The notes below the pieces were generated by a model. That model was not told the origin of the DNA, searched no databases, and saw nothing but the letters and a program-made list of their open reading frames with translations. Position numbers and translations under genes: made by a program. A DNA stretch of 64,000 bases from Mustelus asterias (lineage: Eukaryota), in contig NC_135808.1 of NCBI RefSeq assembly GCF_964213995.1, positions 7,502,001-7,566,000 of the forward strand, in the 5' to 3' direction. This document shows, one piece after another, positions 37,662 to 49,400 of this stretch; the stretch's first letter is position 1; each line of letters starts with the position of its first letter.

Positions 37662-37880
37662 CTCAGAATTCCTACAGTACAGAAGGAGACCATGTGGCCC
37701 ATCGCGTCTGCACTGACCACAATCCCATCCAGGCCCGTACATTTACCCTGCTAGTCCCCCTGACACTAAGGAGCAATTTAGCATGGCCAATCAACCTAAC
37801 CCGCACATCTTTGGACTGTGGGAGGAAACCGGAACGCCTGGAGCAAACCCACGCAGACACGGGGAGAATGACCAAGCCAG
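37662..37880 (-). mobile_element. HE1-type V-SINE fragment inserted in a degenerate family-2 SINE
   Basis: V-domain core and tail; the flanks resemble SINE family 2. Confidence 0.75.
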
Positions 37881-39110
37881 TCAGGGTAACGATGGGAGTT
37901 TTCTCTCGGAAAGGGCAGTAGTGAACTGGATGTCTTTTTATGGCAATCTATCAGACTTGCATGGACACCATCACTATTATTAAATTTCCACATTTATTCA
38001 TGGCGTTCAAATTTCTGTGCAATTTGAAGCCATGTCCCCTGAACATAAAGGTAACTTCGCCATAGGCTGTTCTCTTTGAGGGGGAGAGCTGACTGGTGAT
38101 TTTAACCTGAGGATCACCTCAGGCGAGTGGCAAGGTTGAGAAAGTGGGCCTTCATGAATTCCCGAATACGGGAATTGAACACATCACGCCCAACCAACTG
38201 ACTCCCAAAGGTAGAGTCGATGTAGCATAGGCGGGTCTTCATAGACAACCTCAGCAAGTAGGGAAATTAAACATGCACCATTGCTCTCATACTGCATCAG
38301 GAACCAGTTGCCCAGCCACCTGAGCTAAACCATTCCCTCAAGCGCATTAATGTCCTAAACCGGAGTATTTTTTACCTGACCTGGTCTTTGGTTAACTCCA
38401 GAACCAGCAGAACAAGGTTGACGTTTAACTGGACGCAGGAGTAGCCAACCAATTATTCAGTTGCATCGAACTACTATATTGCAGGAAAACAAGCATCGCC
38501 CTCACAAGACAAGCAGTGTTGGACACTTAATGCGGTATTAGCATACCAAAAATATATGTTTTCCATTGCGGGTAATTGATGGTAAACAACTGCATATATC
38601 TCAATGCTCAATATTTCCTGCCACTTCGATAAGTGGGAGCGAAGTGCACTCTTTGCAGACATATTGAAGTGTATTATAAATAGCGGCACGGATTCTAAAA
38701 TAACTAACATCCTCTACAATGCACAGACGGAACAAGCTCGGCGTTGTGCTGAATGCAGAGACGTGAGGAACAAACTAACCGCATGAAGAGAGGTCGCTAT
38801 GCGAGGCCTGTAGACGTAAATGAACTGTCGTGTGAAATGGGACTCTGAGCAGAAGCAAGGTTTCAAATCAGTGGCGAAGACGTTGAAATATCCATCTTCA
38901 GTGGACTGACCCTATGGTGTATCAGCTTATCAATTGAATACAATACAGGTTAAATATCATGTAAACTCTTAAATTTTCACTACCTTATAATGCTGTGATG
39001 CCGTCAACGGATGTAAACTTTGCTCACAACATAGTGATGAATTAAATTTGGCACCCCATGGCAAAGACAATACGATGACACTTGAACATGAGTACCGAGA
39101 TGCATTCTTC

Positions 39111-39385
39111 ATCATAGAATCATAGATTCCCTACAGTGCCGAAGGAGGCCATTCGGCCCATCGAATCTGCACCGACCACAATCCCACCCAGGCCCTTTGC
39201 CCGTAACCCCACATATTTATCCTGCTAATCCCCTGACACGATGGGGCAATTTACCATGGCCAATCAACCTAACTCACACGTCTTTGGGCTGTGGGAGGGA
39301 ACCGGAGCACCCGGAGGAAACCCACGAATACACGGGGAGAATGTACAAACTCCGCACAGTCACCTAAGGCTGGAATCGAACACCC
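39111..39385 (-). mobile_element. HE1-type V-SINE
   Basis: Tail CATAGAATCATAGATTCCCTACAGTG plus V-domain core. Confidence 0.88.
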
Positions 39386-39729
39386 ATATTTGCACTAAAG
39401 ACACATTTTAGCCTAATATGAAAATTATTAGTAACTTCAAATTTAATTGCGGAATCGCAGAAAACATTAATCACGCTGACATCCTCTCTCTGAAATATAA
39501 CCTGCTCCCTGGCCCTGAAAGAACTATCAGATTATTGGCCATGATGCCAGTTGGCAAAATGCTATCCCCACTTTTGGACAGTTAAACTTAGTGCAGCTGA
39601 AGCAAAATGCTGATTTCTATCTTTCCAATTACATTGCGTTCAAATGTGGAAACGCAACCTGTTTCTTTAAGTGTCCGTCATTCTCTCCAGTCTTTGCTTG
39701 TTTTGATAGGTCGGGAAACATCGCCAAGG

Positions 39730-40042
39730 ACGGCACGATGGCTCAGTGGTTAGCACTGCTGCCTCACAGCGCCAGGGACGCAGGTTCGATTCCCGACTTG
39801 CGTCACTGCCTGTGTGCATTCTCCCCGTGACTGCGTGGGTTTCCTCCGAGTGCTCTAGTTTCCTCCAACAGCGCAAATATATGCGGCTGAGATCGCTTGG
39901 CCACGTTAAATTTCTCCCTTAGTGTTAGGGGGATTAGCTAGGGTAAATGCATGGGGTTATGGGGATAGGTCCTGGGTGGGATTGTGGTGGGTGCAGACTC
40001 GATGGGCCGAATGGCCTACTTCTGTACTGTAGGATTCTATAA
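39730..40042 (+). mobile_element. HE1-type V-SINE about 350 bp upstream of the gene B ATG
   Basis: Full-length copy. Confidence 0.9.
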
Positions 40043-40289
40043 GATCACAAGTTGCGAAGCAGCAGCCTGGTGCAACTTGGCGTGAGAGGAAACGGCCGCT
40101 GCTAATGATCAGAGACCAAATAAACATTCAACACTGGGTCCATCATATCTGCATCTGAACGAACATCATGACGACGAGGCGACTAATTCTTTTTTATTCG
40201 TCCATTTCGGCATTATTTTAAAGACACTACTTCAAAAGCGAAGAGTTCTTAATTTTGTCCAACAGTCTTGTGTATCTGTGTCGTCGAGG

Positions 40290-40375
40290 TGCTAACCACA
40301 ACTAATTCCATTCGCCGGCTTGAAGTGGGTTCCTGTTATATTATCTGCTCACCTTCGATCACCTCGTGGTTTCTT
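40290..40375 (+). promoter_or_regulatory. Candidate lymphoid-type proximal promoter of gene B (RUNX and ETS motifs)
   Basis: AACCACA 40294-40300, TTCCTGT 40330-40336 and CGTGGTTT 40365-40372, all within about 100 nt upstream of the ATG. Confidence 0.35.
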
Positions 40376-40391
40376 CACACACTCAAAAAAG

Positions 40392-40449
40392 ATGGCATTA
40401 AGTCAACAGCTCACTCTCCTGCAGTTCATTATCTTTGCAACGCGCACGG
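40392..40449 (+). CDS. Gene B exon 1, signal peptide ([20 protein letters not shown])
   Basis: aagATGG start context, 58 nt, consensus donor G|gtgagt, phase 1 matching the V exon. Confidence 0.87.
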
Positions 40450-43400
40450 GTGAGTTAATTCTAATTTTTACTGCTTGTGGATGACACCGATAAACTAGAG
40501 TAACGTGCTAATTTTAATTGCAAATTTTGCAGCAGCTGATTTAGGAAAATATTCCCACTTTCCCGTCATCCCTACAGTTTACAGAAGGTTGCTGCACCCA
40601 TTACGAAATAGTATTGACATTGTGTTTAGCAATTAGAACACGCTCCTACCGGCAAGATTACTATTGTTTTCCGGAGCTGAGCACAAAGGGTGAGAAGTTT
40701 CCAAAGATTCCCTCGAACCCCGACCCTAATTTCTGCTGATCGATTTTCCGCCGAAGCTGCGACGGGAGGTAGACGCAACCCGCTGTAGAAATTCCGGGAT
40801 ATACTTTTTATTAGCTTTACGTAAGCTGGTTGAGGGACAATGCGTGACGGCTATAATTATTTCCGGAGATCAGTGCAAAATAGGTCATTCTGAAGCATGT
40901 TTCTATATTCCGACAGTGGGATGGAGAGCTCTACAAATTCACTTCTTTTTATTCATTATTCAAGTATGGTTATTATTTTCTAATCGTTGTTTTATTTCAT
41001 TCCTGGGATTTGCCCGACAATGGCTTTTGGGTAACGGTGCGAATTCTCAGCCCACGTTTTGGTGTTATCCAGGCCTTGAGTGAGGCGGAATGGCACAATC
41101 AAAGGTTTACCTGTTATCACAACTCAATATTAATCTGCACACACAACCCAACGTTTACCTACCCACACAACTCAACATTAACCTGCCCACACAACCCGAC
41201 ATCAACCTTCCCACACAACCCAACATTAATCTGCCTACACAATCCAAAAGTAACCTTCCCACACAACCCAACATTAATCTGCCTACACAATCCAAAATTA
41301 ACCTGCCCACACAACCCAACATTACTCTGCCCACACAACCCAACGTTTACCTGCCCACACAACTCAACATTAACCTGCCCACACAACCCGACATTAACCT
41401 GCCCACACAACCCAACATTAATCTGCCTACACAATCCAAAATTAACCTGCCCACACAACCCAACATTAATCTGCCGACACAACCCAACGTTTACCTGCCC
41501 ACACAACCCAACGTTTACCTGCCCACACAACTCAATATGAACCTGTCCACACAACTCAACATTAACCTGCCCACACAACCCAACATTAACCTGACAACAC
41601 AACCAAACGTTAACCTGATAACACAACTCAACATTAACCTGTCCACATAATGTAATATTAACCTGTCCACACAGCTCAACATTAGCCTGTCCACACTATC
41701 CAACATTAATCTGCCCACACAACTCAAAATTAATTTGCCTACACAACCCAACGTCATCCTGACAACACAACCCAACATTAATCTGCCCACACAACCCAAC
41801 ATTAATGTGACAACACAATCCAGCATTAACCTAACAACATAACCCAACATTAATCTGCTAACACAACACAACATTAAACGGCTAAAGAAAACCCACATTA
41901 ACCTAATAATTCAGCCCAACGTTAACCTGATAATCCAACCCACATTAACATGACAACCAATCTCACATTAACCTATCCACACAATCCAACAATAACCTGT
42001 CATTCTCTTGCAGACTCTGACTGGTTTGTTAGACATTTCAAACGCTTTCTTCGTGTATACTTGACGCTTGCAGAATGCGCCGTTCTATTCATTTTCTTCC
42101 CATCTCTATGAATTGCTTATTACGTTTAGCCACTCAGATTGCTGGTAGCACCTAGCGTTTGGGCATTATCCCGTTTACAGTCGAAATGTTTTTCCCAACA
42201 GATGGGCAGATGGATTTCACAATTTACCAGTTCCCTCCCTTCATAACGGCAGCAGAGGGGGAGTCGGTGACACTGAACTGTACCTTGAAATTTGAAGCAA
42301 ACCTAACCCCAATCGGAGCAACTTATTGGACACGGGGTGAACAAGGTGGCTACAGACTGGACAAGAGTCCATTTTATAAAGATCGGCTGGAGGCATCGGA
42401 CAGCAAAGCATTTGCCAACAACCGAATACATATTCATATCTCCAGGTTGATTGAGGAAGATTCAGATACATATTATTGTCATGTATCCTTAATGGGAGAA
42501 AAAGCGAGGAATGGAAGCGGTACCCATTTGGAAGTGAGGCGTAAGTAATAAGTAGAAAAAAGTGTTTTTTAAAAACTTCTCTTATTTCACACAGTGATTC
42601 GACCGCCCCGGCCCAGGATCCGCTTTGCTTTAATTTTCAGACTGTGGTAAATTACCTGACCTCATTGCAATACAGGAAGCTGGGCACCAGGGATCCGCAA
42701 ATCGTTCAAAATAGATCTTATGGCTATACTAAAATATTGCGCTCCGGAATGTATCTGCAGTTGTGTCTGGGGATGAGAAGGGTGCGGCATAGGAGCTGAC
42801 GCCAAATATATTGTAGAGCAATTGTGTTAGCAGAGTTAAAACTCCAAAAGTTCCTTGGTAATCAGGCCCCCAATTGCATCGTTCGATTAGGCCAATCAAA
42901 TCCAACCATAGTATCATTGGTCACTTCAGGCCTCATCATCTAAGTGGATATTGTTCACATTCCAATGCCTCGCTGAGCAACACTGGCTCCAAGAGCCTGT
43001 TCACAACTCATCCCTGCCAAGGATAAGCTGTTGAATCTGATACCTTATGTCCCTTGACAAATTCCAGGCCATTGGCCACAAGGAGAATCCAGCGTAGTGA
43101 AAGAAACAACTTTAACCCAAAACTCAAGTTTGCTTGATTGAAGATCTTTCAGCATATTAAAAGTTAAAACTCCATTTAGTCACAGTATGATAGGACAATT
43201 CAAAATGGCAGCAGGGAAGAAGCTGTTCTTCAGTCGATTGGTATGTTTTCTCAGACTTTTGTATCTTTTTCCGGACGGAAGTGAGTTGAAGGCGTGCGGT
43301 GTGCATGGGGTCCTTGATTATCGTGGCTGATTCCCGAGGCAGTGGGAAGTGTAGATGCAGTCAATGGGAGACTGGTTTGCGTGATGGACGAGGCTAAGTT

Positions 43401-46400
43401 CACAACCCTTTGTAGTTTCTTGCGGTCTTGGTCAGAGAGCCATAAGCATGATAAGGGGAGGTGATGGCCTACCGATATTATCGCTAGACTATTAATCCAG
43501 AAACTCAGCCCATGTTCTGGGGACCTGGGTTCAAACCCTGCCACGGCAGATGGTGGAATTTGAACTCAATAGAAAAAAACTGGAATTATGAATCTACTGA
43601 TGCCCATGAAACCGTTGCCGGTTGTCGGAAAAACCTATCTGGTTCACGAATGTCCTTTAGGGAAGGAAATCTGCCACCCTTACCTGATCTGGCCGAATTC
43701 AAAGCCACAGCAATGTGGTTGACTCTCAACTGCCCACCGAAATGGCCTCGCAAACCACTCAGTTCAAGGGCGACTAGGGATGAGCAATAAATGCTGGCCA
43801 GCCAGCAACACCCACGTCCCACAAATGAATATAAAAATTAAAAAATCCTGGTTGGCTCTCCAGTGCCTTATGGAGGTAGTGCTGCACTGTTGGAGGTGTC
43901 GACTATTGGACGGAACATTAAACCAAGTGAATGTAAAAGTCCCATGACCTTATTTCGAGGAATTTCAAGGCAGATATCCTCCATGTCCTGGCCAATATTT
44001 GCCCTTCAACCAGTATCATAAAACAAAAATAAATTATCTGCTCAGTTTCTCATTGTTATTTGTGTGAGCTTACTGTACGCAAATCGGTTGTACTTCCTAC
44101 ATGGCAAAAGGGGCCGCACCTCCAAAGTACTCAACCGGCTCCAAAGTGAATTGGGATGTACTGAGGTCGTGCAAGGCGCTATAGAAATGTATGTCTTCAT
44201 TTATGTATATATGTTTACAATCGCGCCTTTCCCATAATGCAAACAACATCTTCCCATCAAATTTTAAAACATTGACTTCATCTCCTTATTTCAGGCAAGA
44301 CTGCGGAGGAAACTATCGGAAATCCTTACCTGATATTTGGACTGGGAGGTGCTTCAGTTGTGCTGAGTATAACCGTCATTGTACTTATATGTGGACTGTC
44401 CTGGCAAAACAAAGGTGTGTGTGTCAGTCCTATTTGCTAATATGTTTTCGCTATAGTACGGAGCAATTGCTCTGGTTGCTATGAGAACCAATCTGGTTAA
44501 TGCTTCCAATGAATTTGTCACTTTTTCTAGTGTGATCAGAAACCCGATTAGTATGAGCAATTATTTTAAAACACGCTTAGGTATTCCCTTCAGAATTTTA
44601 CAATTGTTCCAATTCAGAAAGGCGCCATTCGGCCCGTCATGTCTGCGCTGGATCCACGTAGGAACAATTAACCTACTGTCACTCGCTGGCATTCTCCCCA
44701 TTTTCAGATAATAATCCAAATCAGCCTTGGAAACCTCGAGTAAATCTGATTCACTCATAATCTCAGGCACTGCATTCCAGACCCTAACCAGTCGAGTGAT
44801 AAAATATTCTCCTCTGTCGCCATTGCTTTTTAGCTAAATCACTTAAATTTGCCAGTCATTTAAATCTGTGCCCTCTGGTTCTAGATCCTTCCACTAAAGG
44901 TACCATTGTCACTATCTACTCTTGCCAGGCCCCTCGAGAATTTGAATAAATGAAAAATCTCATCACAGCCTTTTGTCTCCAAAGACAAAAGTCCACCTTT
45001 CTTAATCAATATGAAATGCCTTAGTCCAATGAAGAAGGAAATATCATCAGAGACCCAGACAAGACGGTGGCCTAGTGGCATTGTCGATAGATTAATAATC
45101 CAGAAGCTCAGCTAATGTTCTGGGGACCCGGGTTCGAATCCCACCTCAGCAGATGGTGGAATTTGAATTCAATAAAATATATCTGGAATTGAGAATCTAC
45201 CGATGACCATAAAAAAGGTTGTCAGAAAAACCCATCTGGTTTACTGGTGTCCTTTAGGGAAGGAAATCTGCCTTTGCTGCCTGGTCTGACCTACATGTGA
45301 TTCTGGAGCCACAGCAATGTGGTTGACTCTCAACTGCCCTCGGGTAACTAGGAATGGGCAATAAATGCTAACCAGCCAGCCCATGTCCCACGAATGCATA
45401 AAAAAGAATCTCTACAGTGCAGAAGGAGGCCATTCAACCTATCGAGTTCACACCGACTCTCCAAGAAATTTCCCACACCCCAAACCTCATGTAATCACCC
45501 TAACCCACTAATCCTGGGACACTAAAGGGAAATTTAATATAGCCAATCCCCCTAGCCTGCACATTTTGGATTCTGGGAGGAAGTAGGAGCACCCGGAGAA
45601 AACCCACACGGACACGGGGAGAATGTGCCAACTCCACATGGACAGTCACGCAAGGCTGGAAGTGAACCTGGGTTCCTGGTGTTGTGACGCAGCACCATAT
45701 TCATGCACTCATCCGTGCATATGTATCGCAATCAGTTTCTCTATGTCAGTGTTAAAGATCAATTTTATGTTTTAATAAGTAGCAGATTTAAACAATTATA
45801 TTAACGTCAGTATCATTTTCTTCCAGTTATCCGGAGACTAAGAAGGTAAAAAATATCAAATCTTATCAAATTGGTGATTATTCAGAACATGATGTGCAGA
45901 ATTTTAAATTTAAACATCATTTTGCTTCCTACAGACAGCGCGCTGAAATCGATGTGGTACCTGGTATGTGAATTTTATGTATTCTGCATTAATTACTATT
46001 CCTGGCTAATTGAAAACAAATCTAAAATAAAAAATACATTTACAAATAGTTTCATTCCAATGAATTCAATCTCTGTTGCTACCTGTGCCTATGTATGTCT
46101 GTTATGTTTGTTGTACTTATAGCTCTGACCCATCTCTGAATGCTATTCCCACAGCACCAGCCGATCTACAGCCAGCGACACAGGTAAGAGCGTCCTGATA
46201 AGCAATAGCTTTCCACAAATTCGCTATACCTTATCTCCAGCGATGGGTCTGCTCTATTCCCTCCCGGCTTTCAATATCCTGTATATGCTTGTGAAGGTTT
46301 GACTCTGTTACAACAAAATGGGAGAAATGTTTATACATTCCGACCAAATTAAATCAGCCGTAAACCATGTACAGTACAATATTGAATTAGTTATTTCAGT

Positions 46401-49400
46401 CTCAGAGGTCGCAAGGTCCGAAATGAGATAAGTAGACTTATATAAGTAAGGATCTTTCCAGAGTTTTGTGCGTCAGGATGTTGATCAAGCAGAGTAGAGG
46501 CAAATTCGCCTTCTGGACTATAGCAGATCCGGAAATATGGCATCATGCTACATATTGAGATTGCAGCAATGTGTTCCATTGGACCGCGTTGACGATTGTC
46601 ATCCGAATGAACACAAACATACATTAACCATTTGTGGTGCTATACTCAGGCATACCTCATCTCATTGTGGTGCCTTTTCTCTTCTTATCACGCACAATTT
46701 AAGTAATACTACCTTAGGCGTGTTTCAAACATTGTAACTCCATGAATAATTAATTTTTAAAAAATAAGTTTTGATGCTATATTTATATTTCTAACCAAGA
46801 TAAACTTAACAATTTCTCATTCCCGTTTTTCCCTATGGCGTGGTGCCAGCTTGCATGACTCTCAAGAGGGTACGTGGCAAACAACCGGATTAATTATTTG
46901 TCAGATGTGACTTCCCACCTTAAATTTTCAGAAGTTTCACTTTTCTCCGCAGAAACCACTCCAGGATCATTCTGGAAGATAATAACAACTGCACTCTGTT
47001 TTCCTCTACGAGTTTAAACCACTTTCCTCATTACCTACACTCCCATCTCCAGAAACATGTGAGAGAAACCCCAGAGTTTTTTTTCTCCGACCATAGAGGC
47101 CGATTCTCCAGTTGTCAGGTTCATAGAATCCATTGGATCCCTATAGTGCAGAAGGAAGCCATTCGGCCCATCGAGTCTGCACCGACCATAATCCCACCCA
47201 GGCCCTATCCCCATAATCCCATGCATTTACCCTAGCTAGACCCCCTGACATTAAGGGGCAATTTAGCACGGCCAATCCACCTAACCAGCACATCTTCGGA
47301 CTGTGGGAGAAAACCGCAGCACCCAGCGGAAACCCAGGCAAACACGGGGAGAATGTGTAGACTCCACACAGACGGTGACCCGAGGCCGGAATTGAACCCA
47401 GGTCCCTGACGCTGTGAAGTAGCAGTGCTAACCACTGTGCCACCGTTCCCTCCATCTTTCCTTTATCTACTAAGTCAAATCTTCCATCGTACTGTCTCCA
47501 CTGATTCCCTGAAATTTGGTCTCTTATTAGGCCCTGCCCAATTCCCCGCAACCCCTCCAAATTCATTTCATTCATGAGATCCCCATTCTCATCTCTTCAC
47601 CAGTATTCTGCAAGGATTGTCACAGGAAACAATCTCTCTCCTGTGGAGTAATTTCAAGAAAAGATTCCTTGCCCTTGGTGAAACACTCTGTGCATTTTTT
47701 CTTTTCCTGCTCGTCCATTTGTCCTTGCTGTGTTGCTGTTGTACGATATCTTTAGTTTTCGGAGGTTTCAACAGATCGAGTGTGGAAGACAGGAAACATC
47801 TTGGTCGCGGAGTGTGCGGTATTCCTGCACACCAATAGGAATTTGTTAAGTCATTTGATCAGAGAACCTTGTTCTCTGGTCGCTCTCAAGGTATGTTTCA
47901 TAGCTTGGATGAAACATTCTGCGGCGCCCATTTGTCAGAGGGTGGGACAGTGTGGACTTAATAAGTTGAATACCATTCTCTCGTAAGAAACGTTTGAATT
48001 CTTGCAGGGCAAATTGAGATCCATTCCCACTTATAAGTTGCTCAGGGAATGCAAAATGATGAAACACTTCTCCAAGCTTCTCAATCGTCTTCTGCGGTGA
48101 GACAGATGTCATCACAGCGACCTCTGACCACTTGTATAAGCATCGACCGATACCAAGAACATATTGGCGGCATGGTGGCACGGTGGTTAGCACTGCTGCC
48201 TCACAGTGCCTGGGACTCAGGTTCAATTCCTGGCTTGAGTCACTGTCTGTACGGAGTCTGCACGTTCTCTCCGTATCTGCGTTAGTTTCCTCTGGATGCT
48301 CCGGTTTCCTCCCACAGTCTGCTTATGTGCATTGGCCATGGTAAACCTCCCTCAGCGTACCCGAACGGGTGCCAGAGAGTGGCGACTAGAGGACTTCCAC
48401 AGTAACTTAATTGCAGTGTTAATGTCAGCCTACTTGTTCATCCATAGCGAGGCAAAGAGGAGTGATTTGCTGCAGGAGTCTGGGGTAAGAGATCGACTTT
48501 TAACATTACTTTTTTTGCGGGCTTTATTTTTTTTAAACTTTAAAACGGGAAGTAGCCGCGGGGTATTGTGGGAAGGGTGTAGATTTTGTTTTCAGCTCGG
48601 GAGGGTTAAGAGCAGGCCGCACTACCCAGCGGGCAGCGTCGTTAGCGGGCAGCGGAGTGAGGGCTGAAGGGCTTTGGCTCAACGGGCTTAGGAGGAAACG
48701 GGCGAGGCATGTTAGGTTCATCTCGTAGTTTTACCAGTGTACTTGAAGAAAGGGGAATTATGAGTGAAAGTCCAGTTTGTTGTTCTCGGTGTCGGATGTG
48801 GGAGTTCCTGGAGGCAGCTAGCCTCCAGCACGTCCATATCTGCACCGGTTGCATCGAACTGCAGCTCCGAAGGGACCGCGTTACGGTACTGGAGCTGCGG
48901 CTCGATGACCTTCGTCTGGTCAGGGAAAATGAGGAGCTGATAGATAGGAGTTCATAGAAATCATAGAAATCATAGAAACCCTACAGTACAGAAAGAGGCC
49001 ATTCGGCCCATCGAGTCTGCACCGACCGCAATCCCACCCAGGTTCTACCCCCATATCCACCCACTAATCCCTCTAACCTACGCATCTCAGGAAACTAAGA
49101 GAAATTTTTAGCATGGCCAATCAACCTAACCCGCACATCTTTGGACTGTGGGAGGAAACCGGAGCACCCGGAGGAAACCCACGCAGACACGAGGAGAATG
49201 TGCAAACTCCACACAGACAGTGACCCAAGCCGGGAATCGAACCCAGGTCCCTGGAGCTGTGAAGCAGCAGTGCTAACCACTGTGCTACCGTGCCGCCCCT
49301 CTTTACCGTAACTCTGTAAAGAGTTACAGGCAGGTGGTCACACCGGGGCCACAGGAGGAAGACACGTGGGCCACAGTTAGGAAGGGGAAAGGTCACGTAC

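Noticed and set aside
41010-41898. Long repetitive ORFs on both strands ([24 protein letters not shown])
   Set aside because: By-products of a 24-bp stop-poor minisatellite. The leader exon splices cleanly in phase to the V exon without them.
42590-42596. CACAGTG heptamer 50 nt after the gene B V exon (possible RSS)
   Set aside because: No ACAAAAACC-like nonamer at 12 or 23 nt spacing, not adjacent to the coding end, and the exon already contains its J-like strand. Not a rearranging Ig/TCR segment.
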